From: Candidatus Latescibacterota bacterium
Lineage (GTDB): Bacteria > Latescibacterota > UBA2968 > UBA8231
Assembly (NCBI GenBank): GCA_965206595.1
Contig: OZ242214.1
Coordinates: 3,168,001-3,232,000, forward strand
DNA length: 64,000 bases
Direction of reading: 5' to 3'
Shown: positions 29,893 to 40,123 of the stretch, one piece after another
Numbering within the stretch: the first letter of the stretch is position 1
Layout of the letters: each line of letters starts with the position of its first letter
The notes under the pieces: generated by a model
Told to the model about the DNA's origin: nothing
Database searches by the model: none
The model's input: only the letters and a program-made list of their open reading frames with translations
Position numbers and translations under genes: made by a program

Positions 29893-31164
29893 CTACTTGA
29901 ACAGCTTGGGCCGCTTGATTTCGAGGTTGGCGCGATTAAGGGCCGGATCGAGAGGGGACATTCCCTCCAGCCTCGCGCGCAGAGCCAATGCTTCTTCGGA
30001 TTCTCCCTTACCCTCCCTGATCAAGCACCGGTATTCATCCAAGGCTTCTGTGAAGGTATTCCCGGGCGGGCGTTCGCCTACGCGCATAACCACGGAAAGA
30101 ACGTCCCCCGCCTCGGCCCCATAGGTCGCCCCACGCGGTGCCCCGGCGACAATGCGGTCTCCATCCGGGTACAGTTCCACAATGCTCTTCGGCTCGTCCG
30201 TGGTCAGCACCTGAGGACTGTGAGTGGATACGATATACTGCGCATTCGGGAACGTCCGCCGCAGGTCGTCGAGGATGCGCTGCTGCCACCCCGGATGCAG
30301 GTGCAGTTCCACCTCGTCGATCAGGACCACGGCCTCTGATGCAAGCGGGTCCTTCAGGTGCGGGTTACCCTGCGCCATCCGTCGCGCCAAGTCGGCCGCC
30401 AGCGCCAGCACGATGCGATAGCCCCCGCTCAGCTGGTCGAGGGAGAGCTTCTCTACCTGTTCTTGCCCTGATTTCCGGGACACCACGAAACGGGGCGGAT
30501 TCAACTCGGTGCGCGGATCGGACACTTCCGGCAGCATGGACGAGATCGCCTGGCGAACTGCGTCCAACTCCTTTAGCTGAAAATTGAAGTCGCGCCGCTC
30601 CTTCTGTTGCCGCAGTTCCTCGTCTTCCTTGGAATAGAACCAGGTGAAGAGCCCCTCGAAATCCGTGCGAGCGGAAAGCGCCCCCTCCAGGGCGGCTAAC
30701 CGGGGTACCCTGTGCTGAGAATTGCTCGGGGACAGTACTGATTGCGGCACACCTGCGACTGTGCGATCGGTACCATAAAAGGCGAAAATGGGCAAATCAT
30801 TCTGATCCGCATGGCTGATATCGACTAGCGCCTCCTCCACGGCACCCTGAAGAGCCAACCTCTCTTTCTCTTCTCGATCCGCATCTTTTCTATTTCCCTT
30901 CCACTCCGAAACGGTTCCCTCCACTGGGGCAAGCAAGACCCGCGGATCTCCCTTACCCTCGCGCCGATCCTCCTCGCAAAAATCAACGCCCGGTTCACAA
31001 GGGAACGATCGGAACAGGTCCCGCAACCCCACCGCGATCGCACTCAAAACACTCGTCTTGCCGTACCCATTGTCGCCGTGAAGCACGGTCAGCGACGGGT
31101 CGAGCTGCAGCTCGAGTTTCTCAAGCGCCCGATAGTTTTCAACCTTCACGAATTTCAGCTTCAC
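29893..31164 (-). CDS. AAA/ABC ATPase resembling Septu/retron PtuA
   Basis: GDNGYGKT, LSGG, VLIDEVELHLHPGWQ, STHSP. Confidence 0.85.
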   Translation of the reverse strand: MKLKFVKVENYRALEKLELQLDPSLTVLHGDNGYGKTSVLSAIAVGLRDLFRSFPCEPGVDFCEEDRREGKGDPRVLLAPVEGTVSEWKGNRKDADREEKERLALQGAVEEALVDISHADQNDLPIFAFYGTDRTVAGVPQSVLSPSNSQHRVPRLAALEGALSARTDFEGLFTWFYSKEDEELRQQKERRDFNFQLKELDAVRQAISSMLPEVSDPRTELNPPRFVVSRKSGQEQVEKLSLDQLSGGYRIVLALAADLARRMAQGNPHLKDPLASEAVVLIDEVELHLHPGWQQRILDDLRRTFPNAQYIVSTHSPQVLTTDEPKSIVELYPDGDRIVAGAPRGATYGAEAGDVLSVVMRVGERPPGNTFTEALDEYRCLIREGKGESEEALALRARLEGMSPLDPALNRANLEIKRPKLFK

Positions 31165-31484
31165 AGGCGCACCTCCTTTGTCTTGAATCTCGCCAGGGAC
31201 GACCCACTCCCCGTGTCCGCCCGTACGTTATGGAACGATGCCCGTCTCTTCTTCGAGTACCGGTAAACCTCCAGGACTTCCGCAACGGACTCGCCCCTTC
31301 CATCATTTTTGCAGCAGGACCGCAACCCGTGTTCCGGTCACCGAACCCCGGATGCCATGAATTATAAAGGACCATTCAGAGACCTGGTCAACCAGTCAGG
31401 CTATTGTTCATCGAGGTCATGCCATCGACTAGGATACCCAGGAACGCCACACCGGTCAGGGTGCCCGCCAGTAGCCAGCACCTC

Positions 31485-33755
31485 ATGATTCCCGCCCTGC
31501 TCATAACCGCCCTCCTGCTCGCAATGCCGGCCCCTTCCCAGCGGCTCGGCGAGATCCGGGGTGCCGTCCTCGACCGGGCTACCCAGCATCCGCTGCCCGG
31601 GGCAACAGTTGCTGTCCTCGACACCGAGCGGGGAACGGTGGCCGACGCCGAGGGCCGCTTCGCCCTGCCGCGCATGCCCGCGGGGGTGCATCGCCTGCGC
31701 GTATCGATGATCGGCTACGCCGCCATGGTGCGGACCGACGTGGTCGTGCGCCCGCGCCGGGTCACCGATGTCGAGATCGAGCTCGACGCCGAGGTGGTCG
31801 ACCTGGGGGAGGAGACCGTGGTCGTCGCCGACTACTTCTCCGATGCGGCCGGGGAGGCGGTCGGCGGGGTGAGCTTCAGCTACGAGGAGGTGCGGCGCTC
31901 GCCGGGATCGGCCGGCGACATAAGCCGCCTCCTGCAGGCCATGCCCGCGGTCAACATGAACACCGACGAGCGCAACGATCTCATCGTCCGCGGCGGCAGC
32001 CCCACGGAGAACCTCGTCCTCGTCGACCACGTCGAGATCCCCAACATCAACCACTTCCCGACCCAGGGGGCTTCGGGCGGCCCGATCGGCCTGCTGAACA
32101 CCGATCTCATCGAGGACGTCGCCTTCTACGCCGGCGGCTTCTCCGCGGCCTACGGGGACCGCATGTCGTCGGTGACGGTCGTCGACTTGCGCGAGGGCAG
32201 TCGCGAGAAGCTCGAGGGGGAGCTGCAGCTCGGCATGGCGGGAGCCGGCCTGCTTCTCGAAGGCCCCTTGCCGGGAGGGGGCGGCTCCTGGATCGCCTCG
32301 GGTAGGCGCAGCTATCTCGATCTCATCGTCGACGCCATCGGCACCGGAGCCGTGCCGCGCTACAGCGACCTGCAGGGCAAGCTGAGCTGGGACCTGTCTC
32401 CCCGGCACCGCTTCTCCCTGCTCGGCATCGCCGGCTTCGACGCCATCGACTTCGCTCCCGGGGATACCGATGCCGACGAGGATTTCGTCGTCAACGAGAC
32501 CGACCAGTACGTCGCCGGGGCCGGCTGGCGCTGGCTGTGGAGCCGCCGCGGCTTCGCCCGCACCTCCCTCGCCTTCACCTACGCCGACTTCGGCACGGAC
32601 GTCCTCGACGGACAGACTCGCGACCTGCTGTTCGCCAACTCCTCGCAGGAGCGCCGGATCGCGCTGCGCAGCGACGTCACCTGGTCGCCGCATGCGGGGG
32701 GAGAGCTGCGCTGCGGGATCACCGGCAGCCGCGAGCTCAGCGACTTCTCCCTCTTTTCGGCGTCGCGAACCAACCGCGTCGGCGAGATGACCGGGGAGCT
32801 GCGCGTCGGCGAGGGGGTGAGCTCCAACAAGCTGGGGGCCTACCTCGGGTACGAGCGCCCCGTCGCGAAGGGCGTAACCGCGGAAGCGGGAGTGCGCTGG
32901 GCCTACTTCGACTACACCGGAAAGAGCGGCCTTTCGCCGCGGCTGTCCCTGCGCTGGCAGCTCGGTCCGCTCACCTCGCTGAGCGCCGCCTGGGGGCTCT
33001 ACCGCCAGAACCTGCCTTCCTCGCTGCTGGTTCAGCACCCTGACAACCGCGACCTGGAGAACCCCCGCGCCGCTCACTACGTCCTCGGGCTGCGGCAGCG
33101 CCTGACCGAGAACACCCTGCTAACCCTCGAGGGGTACCTCAAGCGCTACCGCGACCTGCCTTTCGACCCGGACGATCCCACTGCGTCGGTGGTCGACGCC
33201 TTTGCCGATTTCGGCACCCCGGCTCCCGGGCGGCTGGCCGGCGGCGGGGAAGCCGAGTCCCGGGGCCTGGAGTGGATGGTCCAGAAGAAGCTCGCCCGCC
33301 GCATGTACGGCACCGCGAGCTACGCCTGGTCCCGTTCCCGCTACACCGACCTCACCGGTAGGGAGCGCGACCGCTCCTTCGACAACCGGCACCTGGTATC
33401 CCTCATCGTCGGCTACCGGCAGGGGGAAACCCGGGAGTACAGCCTGCGCTGGCGGTTCGCCGGAGGCCGGCCCTACACCCCCTTCGACGAGGAGGCTTCG
33501 GCGCGCGAGGGAACCGGAATCGTGCAGCGCGACCGCATCAACGAGCTGCGCCTGCCCCCCTACCACCGCCTCGACCTGCGCCTCGACCATCGCCGGCACT
33601 TCGGGCGCTTCAACCTGGTGTCGTTCTTCACCCTGCTGAACGCTTACAACCGCGCCAACCTCTTTCACTATTTCTGGGACACCGGGGACAACCGGTCCGG
33701 CCGCATCAATCAGTGGAGCCGGATCCCGGTCGGCGGCTTCGAGCTCGAGTTCTGA
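31485..33755 (+). CDS. TonB-dependent receptor with N-terminal carboxypeptidase-regulatory-like domain
   Basis: Signal peptide, VRGGSPTEN plug, GGFSAAYG, RLPPYHRLDLR, terminal F. Confidence 0.9.
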   Translation: MIPALLITALLLAMPAPSQRLGEIRGAVLDRATQHPLPGATVAVLDTERGTVADAEGRFALPRMPAGVHRLRVSMIGYAAMVRTDVVVRPRRVTDVEIELDAEVVDLGEETVVVADYFSDAAGEAVGGVSFSYEEVRRSPGSAGDISRLLQAMPAVNMNTDERNDLIVRGGSPTENLVLVDHVEIPNINHFPTQGASGGPIGLLNTDLIEDVAFYAGGFSAAYGDRMSSVTVVDLREGSREKLEGELQLGMAGAGLLLEGPLPGGGGSWIASGRRSYLDLIVDAIGTGAVPRYSDLQGKLSWDLSPRHRFSLLGIAGFDAIDFAPGDTDADEDFVVNETDQYVAGAGWRWLWSRRGFARTSLAFTYADFGTDVLDGQTRDLLFANSSQERRIALRSDVTWSPHAGGELRCGITGSRELSDFSLFSASRTNRVGEMTGELRVGEGVSSNKLGAYLGYERPVAKGVTAEAGVRWAYFDYTGKSGLSPRLSLRWQLGPLTSLSAAWGLYRQNLPSSLLVQHPDNRDLENPRAAHYVLGLRQRLTENTLLTLEGYLKRYRDLPFDPDDPTASVVDAFADFGTPAPGRLAGGGEAESRGLEWMVQKKLARRMYGTASYAWSRSRYTDLTGRERDRSFDNRHLVSLIVGYRQGETREYSLRWRFAGGRPYTPFDEEASAREGTGIVQRDRINELRLPPYHRLDLRLDHRRHFGRFNLVSFFTLLNAYNRANLFHYFWDTGDNRSGRINQWSRIPVGGFELEF

Positions 33756-33815
33756 GCGACGCGGCGGCGGCGGCTCGAGCGCATCCGGGCCGAGGTCCCC
33801 GTGAGGCCCGTACCT

Positions 33816-34985
33816 TCAGCGCTTCAGGGCCTGCCTGACGGCGAACAGCAGGCAGAGGGGCGCCAGCGCCACCACCCCCATGGCCGAGCGCAGGCCCATG
33901 GCTTCGGCGACCGCCCCGATCACCGCGGGCCCGGCGACTCCGCCGACGTGAGCGGCCCCGTTCAGCAGCGCGTACATCGAAGGGGTGGCGCCGGGAAAGC
34001 GGTCCCCTGCACAGGCGACCGCGGTCGGGTAGCTGACGGTGATGGCGAGCCCGAGCACGGTCAGCCAGAAGACGGTGAAGAAGGTCCCCACCGGCAGGGC
34101 GGCGAGCAGGATGCTGGCGGCGCTGAGCAGGCAGCAGGCGGTGAGCACCGCGGAGACCCCGACCCGGGCGACGATGCGGGCGCATGCCAGCCTGCCCGCG
34201 GCCATGGTCGTTCCCAGCAGCACCAGGCTGAGCACGCCGAGGGAGTGGCTGCTGCCCGCGGCCTTCTCGATGAAGTAGGGGAACCAGGTCGACGGCCCGA
34301 TCTCGGTGACCGCGGAAAACAGGATGGCGAGCCCTATCCAGGCAAAGGCCGGCTGCCGGACCAGGAAGCGCAGGTCGAGCCGGCCCGGCGCGTCCGCTTC
34401 CGGCCTGGGGAACCGCACCACGAGGGCCGCGGCGCCGAAGACCAGCACCATGACGGCGAAGGCCCGGAAGACCCCGCGCCACTCCGACCCGAGCGCGAAC
34501 AGCCCCAGGACCAGTGCCGAGATCAGCACCATGCCGACGTAGAAGAAGGCGTGGAAGACATTCATCGCCCCGGTCCGGTTCCCGGGATGCAGCGAACAGA
34601 GCAGGGCGTTCAGCGGGGCCGCGGGCATGCCGCGCCCGAGGCCGGCCAGGAAGATGGCGGCGAACGCCTGCGGCCGGGTCTCCGCGGCCGAGACAAGCAG
34701 GTACCCCGCCGCCTGGATCAGGGCGGAGGCGGCCAGCATGCGGCGGTACCCGAGCCGCTCGGCGAGCCAGCCGGAGAAGAGGGTGACCGTCCCCAGGCCC
34801 CAGAAAGGGAGCCCGAGAAAGAGGCCCATCTGCGTCTCCGAGGTGATGCCGAGCTCCGCGGAGATGGCGCCGAGACAGGCCGCCGGACCGACGACGATGG
34901 CGCTTCCGGTCGCCATCGTGTACCAGCAGAACAGCTCGATGCAGCGGCGGGCTTGTCTGTCGGTGGGCAAGGCGGCTGTCAGCAA
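33816..34985 (-). CDS. MFS transporter
   Basis: About 12 hydrophobic segments; motif A GWLAERLGYRR. Confidence 0.85.
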   Translation of the reverse strand: MLTAALPTDRQARRCIELFCWYTMATGSAIVVGPAACLGAISAELGITSETQMGLFLGLPFWGLGTVTLFSGWLAERLGYRRMLAASALIQAAGYLLVSAAETRPQAFAAIFLAGLGRGMPAAPLNALLCSLHPGNRTGAMNVFHAFFYVGMVLISALVLGLFALGSEWRGVFRAFAVMVLVFGAAALVVRFPRPEADAPGRLDLRFLVRQPAFAWIGLAILFSAVTEIGPSTWFPYFIEKAAGSSHSLGVLSLVLLGTTMAAGRLACARIVARVGVSAVLTACCLLSAASILLAALPVGTFFTVFWLTVLGLAITVSYPTAVACAGDRFPGATPSMYALLNGAAHVGGVAGPAVIGAVAEAMGLRSAMGVVALAPLCLLFAVRQALKR

Positions 34986-35256
34986 CCCGGGCCGGGGCGG
35001 CGCTGGATCCCCCGACGCAGGGGGCTGGTGGGAATTCCGTGTTTCATCCGGTCAGGTACGGTTGCCGGGCGACGCCGGCAGCTCGAAGGGTTGGCGACCG
35101 CCAGGATCGGCCGCAGCCCGGATGGACTGTTACAGCAGGCTGCCAGTACTTTCTCTGCCGCAGAGGCCCCGGCAAAAATGTTCCAAGTTTTACTCTGCCC
35201 GCCGGCCGCGACGCGGGGCCGGAACGCGACCACCCTCATCGATTCGGAGTTGCCTC

Positions 35257-36441
35257 GTGAAAGTCGACCGTCAGGAGCTGCTCGACAACGGTTTCATCAT
35301 CCTTCGCAACGTCGTCCCCCCCGACGAGCTCGACGGCCTGGGGGAGCAGTTCGAAACCCTGGTCGAGCGCCAGAAAGCGATCTGGTCCGAAGAGAACAGC
35401 GACACCTGGGAGTCGGGGGCGCAGCCGCGGCTCGGCCATTACGAGCGCCTGATCGACCCGCCGACCGCGGCCACGGTCGAGCTCTGGCAGCGCGAGAACA
35501 CCCTCGGGGTCGCCCGCCAACTCCTCAGCGTGCCGGAGCAGGCGGCGGTCTCCGGCATGATGCTGATGTGCAGCCCGCAGCGGGACCACGGCCCCGCGGC
35601 CTGGCACCGCGACATCCACCCCCTCGACATGGCGCCGATGGCGGTGCTGCAGCGGGACCTCATGGAGAACGGCCCCAGGTACCTGCAGTGGAACATCCCG
35701 CTCTACGACGACGTCGTCTTCTGGGCGGTGCCGGGAAGCCACCGGCGCCTCAACACCGCCGAGGAGAACCGCCAGCTCGAGAAGGACCCGCGCGTGCCCC
35801 TGCCCGGGGGCGTGCCGATCGAGCTCGCCGCCGGCGACGGCGTCGTCTACGTCAACTTCCTCCTGCACTGGGGCAGCAACTACAGCAGCACCCTGCGGCG
35901 CACCGCCCACGGCGGCCACAGCATCTTCCCCTACTACTCCGACACCGGTTTCATGAAGCAGCTCTCCCCGGAAGGCCGGGCCGCCTTCGAGTCCTGGGAC
36001 CGGCGCAGCTCACACGCCCAGGACCTGACCGAGCAGGCCCTGCGGGCGGTGCTGAACGGCGACGCCGCGTCCTTCCGCGAGGCGGTCGAAGGTCTGCAGC
36101 CGGGAGCGGGGGAAAAGGGGAAGCTGGTGCTGGCCATCTACCTGTCGAAAGCCGCCTACCACGTGTACGTCCACAAGCAGCCTGCGGACTCCGGTCTGCC
36201 GAGGTGGGCCGCCGACGGCGAGCACCCGATCACCATCAACTGGGGCCCGCGGTTCGCCGAGCGCTTCACCGCCCCGGAAGCCGGGGAGATCTGGCGCAGG
36301 TTCGGCCCCCTCGACCGCGGCCTGCGCGCCGACGAAATGCAGTTCGCGCCGGGGTACCAGAACCGCGAGCCGATGTACCACTGTTTCGAGGATATGCCGC
36401 CGTTCAAGGTCGACGACTTCGTCGCCGGCTGGGCGGCTTAG
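35257..36441 (+). CDS. PhyH-like dioxygenase with C-terminal extension
   Basis: WHRD, VPGSH, LAAGDGV, LHWG; GTG start after GGAG. Confidence 0.8.
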   Translation: MKVDRQELLDNGFIILRNVVPPDELDGLGEQFETLVERQKAIWSEENSDTWESGAQPRLGHYERLIDPPTAATVELWQRENTLGVARQLLSVPEQAAVSGMMLMCSPQRDHGPAAWHRDIHPLDMAPMAVLQRDLMENGPRYLQWNIPLYDDVVFWAVPGSHRRLNTAEENRQLEKDPRVPLPGGVPIELAAGDGVVYVNFLLHWGSNYSSTLRRTAHGGHSIFPYYSDTGFMKQLSPEGRAAFESWDRRSSHAQDLTEQALRAVLNGDAASFREAVEGLQPGAGEKGKLVLAIYLSKAAYHVYVHKQPADSGLPRWAADGEHPITINWGPRFAERFTAPEAGEIWRRFGPLDRGLRADEMQFAPGYQNREPMYHCFEDMPPFKVDDFVAGWAA

Positions 36442-36634
36442 GCAAGACCGCAGCCGGAGGTCGAGCCGCCCCCTCATTCCTGCAGAAGACTCCCGGGTTG
36501 CCGAGGGCGGCTACCCCGGGACCGGTGCTCCTGCCCGGAGCGGCCGCCGGCCTCCCACAACCGCCCGCGGCAGGGTCGGCCCAGGCCCTCCCCCGGGGCC
36601 GGAACTCTGGTCCGCAACCTCCCGAACCGCAGCC

Positions 36635-37408
36635 CTAGCCCAGCTTCTCCTCCCACTCCAGCAGCCCCTTCACCATCCCCCTGATGCGCGGCCTGTCGCT
36701 GTAGCGGTAGCTGTCGTGCAGGCTCGAGGCGTCCTGCCCGTGCGGCCGCAGGGCCTCGTAGTGGGTCTCCGTCTCCGGCCTGGCGGCGAACTTCAGGGCG
36801 ATGTAGCGCCGCACGCTCTGCTTTCCGAACACGGCGTGGTAGAGGTAGTGGTCGAACAGCACGGCGTCCCCCGGGTCGACCTCGAGAGCGTGAGAGCAGA
36901 GCTCGTTCCCCTCGACGCCGAAGGCTTCCTTCGGCGTTCCCTGCGACTGCAGGCACAGCAGCTGGCGGTGGAAGGGGGCGTGGTGGGACCCGGGGATGAC
37001 CCGCAGGGCCCCGGCCTCCCGGCGCATCGCCTGCAGGTAGATCATGATCTTGAGGCGCCGGTAGTTCAGGTCGATCTGGCCGGCGCGGTCGCAGTGCCAC
37101 TGGTGGTCGTTGGTCTCGTTGAAGCTGCCGGACACCCCCTCGGAGTTGCCCCAGACGAACCCCTCCCCCAGCAGCTGCCCGACCGGCCCGTAGATGCGGT
37201 CGTCCTCGGGCAGCCCCGCCAGCCCGCTTCCCATCTCGACGAAACTGGAGACCGCCTGGTGACTGGGTCCGGTGCGCCTGCCGCTGTTCGCGGCCAGCAG
37301 CCCGTCCGTCTCCCGGGTGATCTCGGCCATCTCTTCCGGGGAGTAGAGCTGCCGCAGGCAGAGGAAGCCGAAGGTTTCGAAGTAATCGATCTGCTGCCGG
37401 GTCAGCAT
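36635..37408 (-). CDS. PhyH family dioxygenase
   Basis: MLTRQQIDYFETFG, WHCD, LRVIPGSH, PGDAVLFD. Confidence 0.85.
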   Translation of the reverse strand: MLTRQQIDYFETFGFLCLRQLYSPEEMAEITRETDGLLAANSGRRTGPSHQAVSSFVEMGSGLAGLPEDDRIYGPVGQLLGEGFVWGNSEGVSGSFNETNDHQWHCDRAGQIDLNYRRLKIMIYLQAMRREAGALRVIPGSHHAPFHRQLLCLQSQGTPKEAFGVEGNELCSHALEVDPGDAVLFDHYLYHAVFGKQSVRRYIALKFAARPETETHYEALRPHGQDASSLHDSYRYSDRPRIRGMVKGLLEWEEKLG

Positions 37409-37597
37409 GGCGCAAGCTCCGTGGTTGTCGCGCTTGTTGCGGATGTGCAGGTTTCGACGCCTTTGCCTCAGGGGATGGAAGACTTCCCCGGGGCGAAATC
37501 TTTTCCGGGGAACTTCGCTGATTCCCCTCAGAGGCCTGAGGGCCCGCAGGGCTTTCGGGCGGCAACAAACGCCCAAAGAAAACGGAGGTCAAGAGAG

Positions 37598-39181
37598 ATG
37601 AGCGAACAGCACGAGGTCCTGTTCGAGACCGACGGACGCCACTCGAGCGTCTACCTGTACGAGCCCCCGATGGGGATCCGCCAGTACGTCGAGCCGATCG
37701 ACGAGGTCCTCGATCTCGGCATCGACACCATCAGCTACGCCGTCGGCGACTGCGCCGTCCTCCTCTACGCCACCGAGGCCGGGGAGCGCTGGGGGCACAA
37801 CGTCGAGCTCGCCGACCACGAGGTCTGGTACCGCGCCGCGCAGAACTTCGAGGCCTTCCTCGCCGCCGGGCACGACCCGCTGATGGTGGTCTGCGAGCAT
37901 GCCCGGGCGCGCGGCTTCCGCTTCCTGCCGCACCTGCTCCTCAACATGCACCACACCCCGTACGACCGCGTCAGCAACTGCCGCGTCTCCGACTTCGAGA
38001 GGGCGCATCCCGAATGGCAGGTGGGAGAGGAAGCGGACTTTCCCGAGGCGGAGTTCGATACCCCCAAGCGCCTCTCCTTCGCGGTTCCCGAGGTGCGCGA
38101 GAACCGCATGGCCATCGTGCGCGAGCTGCTCACCCGGTACCCCGCGGACGGCATCGAGGTCAACTTCCGCGACTACGCCCCCTTCATCGCCCGCCGCGAA
38201 GTCGCCGAGCACACCGACACGCTGACGGAGTGGGTGCGCGAGATCAGGGAGACCTGCGACCGGGAAGCGGCGCGGCAGGGCCTCCGCAAACGCCTCGTCG
38301 TCAGGGCGGCGGCCAGTCTGTCGGGCAACCTGGCGATGGGGCACGACCTGGCCGCCTGGGTGGGAGAGGGGCTGATCGACACCCTCATCGCCATGCCGGT
38401 GGGCGGGGACTTTTCCAGCGAGACCTCGCGGCTGCGTGAGCTCGCCGAGCTCACCGGGGGCACAGAGGTCAAGCTCATTGCCGGCCTCGACAGCGTCGGC
38501 GAGGAGCAGGGTCCGCTCGTTCACAGCGCCGCGGTCGCCAATGTCTACGCCGCCGGCGCCCGGGGCATCCTCTACCACCGCTACTACCCGGCTCCCCACC
38601 GCTACCCCTACACCGCCGGGGATTACGCCCGCCTGCGGTACCTCGCCTACCCCGACATCTTCGCCCACAAGGACAAGACCTTCTACGTCGGTCCGGGCGC
38701 CGACCGCCCCGAGGCGGTAACCTACGGACTCGGCGAGCAGCTGCCGCACCCCCTCGCCCCCGGCGAGTCCCGGACGGTGACCCTCGACGTCGCCGACGAC
38801 GTCGCCGCAAAACAGGAAGCCGGAGAGCTGTGGCGCTGCGAGCTGCAGGTGATGATGCGCGAGATGCTGCAGGAGGACGAGGTGCGTTTGTTCTGGAACG
38901 GCGGCGAGATTGACGGCGGCGAGATACGCAAGGCGGACTACGTCTTCCAGATGCGCCCCGGGGCGGGCACGCGGGGGTACCGCCTGCACGTCGACCTGAG
39001 CAGGGGGAGGGTGCCGGAGCAGGGGACCAACGAGCTGCGCGTCGAGCTGGTTACCAAGGACGAGCGCCTCGTCGACCCGGTCTCCGTGCACGACGTCTTC
39101 CTGGTGGTCGAGTACCTCAAACACCGGCACGCCCTCAGGGACGACGAGCAGTACGGATTGCAGACGACCTTCACGCCGTAA
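37598..39181 (+). CDS. Glycoside-hydrolase-like (GHL10-type TIM barrel) hypothetical protein
   Basis: GHDPL...HPEW...LSFAVPEVR...YPADGIEVNF pattern; RBS GGAGG. Confidence 0.6.
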   Translation: MSEQHEVLFETDGRHSSVYLYEPPMGIRQYVEPIDEVLDLGIDTISYAVGDCAVLLYATEAGERWGHNVELADHEVWYRAAQNFEAFLAAGHDPLMVVCEHARARGFRFLPHLLLNMHHTPYDRVSNCRVSDFERAHPEWQVGEEADFPEAEFDTPKRLSFAVPEVRENRMAIVRELLTRYPADGIEVNFRDYAPFIARREVAEHTDTLTEWVREIRETCDREAARQGLRKRLVVRAAASLSGNLAMGHDLAAWVGEGLIDTLIAMPVGGDFSSETSRLRELAELTGGTEVKLIAGLDSVGEEQGPLVHSAAVANVYAAGARGILYHRYYPAPHRYPYTAGDYARLRYLAYPDIFAHKDKTFYVGPGADRPEAVTYGLGEQLPHPLAPGESRTVTLDVADDVAAKQEAGELWRCELQVMMREMLQEDEVRLFWNGGEIDGGEIRKADYVFQMRPGAGTRGYRLHVDLSRGRVPEQGTNELRVELVTKDERLVDPVSVHDVFLVVEYLKHRHALRDDEQYGLQTTFTP

Positions 39182-39271
39182 ATATGTCCGGCTGCAAGCT
39201 GAACCGGCCGGCTCCGCGGCGCCGACGCGCGCCCGGACAGCGGCCGAACACTTACCGAGAAAGGAATAGGG

Positions 39272-39787
39272 ATGCTAAGCGAAAAGATCCAGCAGGCCCT
39301 CAACGACCAGCTCAATTCCGAGTTCTTCTCCGCCTACACCTACCTGTCGCTGGCCGCCTATTTCGAGGACCTCGAGCTCAACGGTTTCGCCCACTGGATG
39401 GAGATCCAGTACCACGAAGAGCTGATGCACGCCGAGAAGATCTACGCCTTCGTCAACGACCGCGACGGCCGCGTGCGCCTGCAGGCCCTGGCGCCGCCGC
39501 AGATCGAGTGGGACTCGCCGCTCGACGCCTTCAAGTTCGCCCTCGAAAGCGAGCGCGCCCTGAGCGACAGGATCTACCAGGTAGTCGACTCCGCCCTCGC
39601 CGAGCGCGACCACGCCACCCACACCTTCATGCAATGGTTCGTCAACGAGCAGGTCGAGGAAGAAGCCATAGTCCGCCAGATCGTCAGCGACATGGAGCTG
39701 ATCATCGAAAGCCGCGACGGCATCTTCCTCATGGACCGGGACCTGGCGCAGAGGAATGCCCAGTCCCACAAGCAGGATGAGGACTGA
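39272..39787 (+). CDS. ftnA: Non-heme ferritin
   Basis: LNDQLNSEFFSAY, EELMHA, QWFVNEQVEEE ferroxidase residues. Confidence 0.92.
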   Translation: MLSEKIQQALNDQLNSEFFSAYTYLSLAAYFEDLELNGFAHWMEIQYHEELMHAEKIYAFVNDRDGRVRLQALAPPQIEWDSPLDAFKFALESERALSDRIYQVVDSALAERDHATHTFMQWFVNEQVEEEAIVRQIVSDMELIIESRDGIFLMDRDLAQRNAQSHKQDED

Positions 39788-39862
39788 ATCGACGGAGGCG
39801 CTGCCGGAGGATCAGTGCCAGCGCGCGCGGTTTCCGCGTGAATCCGGCGATATCGCGCAGGG

Positions 39863-40123
39863 CTAGCCCGAGCGGTACTGCGCTAGCAACTCGTAGTCCG
39901 GTTCCATCCCCAGGCCGGGGCGTTCCGGCACGGCATCGTTTCCGTCCATGGCGTGAACCACAGAGATCAAAGCGCGGTAGGATAATCTCAGAAAGTGTCC
40001 GCCGAATTTTGCCCAAGCGATATGGCTAAATCGCTGCAAATCCAGTCTACGCCGTTTTTTTCCCCATTTTGGGAGATGGCTTAACCACTGATCAATGGAC
40101 GCTTTGTTAATGGGATGCATCAT
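39863..40123 (-). CDS. Small hypothetical ORF coupled to the RT remnant
   Basis: ATGA overlap with the RT stop; no recognisable motif. Confidence 0.3.
   Translation of the reverse strand: MMHPINKASIDQWLSHLPKWGKKRRRLDLQRFSHIAWAKFGGHFLRLSYRALISVVHAMDGNDAVPERPGLGMEPDYELLAQYRSG

Noticed and set aside
33801-36638. 945-aa ORF and similar long Arg/Pro/Gly-rich ORFs (e.g. 54458-56926, and the 5' extensions of 11252-13390, 59266-61530, 60819-63869)
   Set aside because: Shadow frames of high-GC genes with no motifs; they overlap well-supported CDSs.
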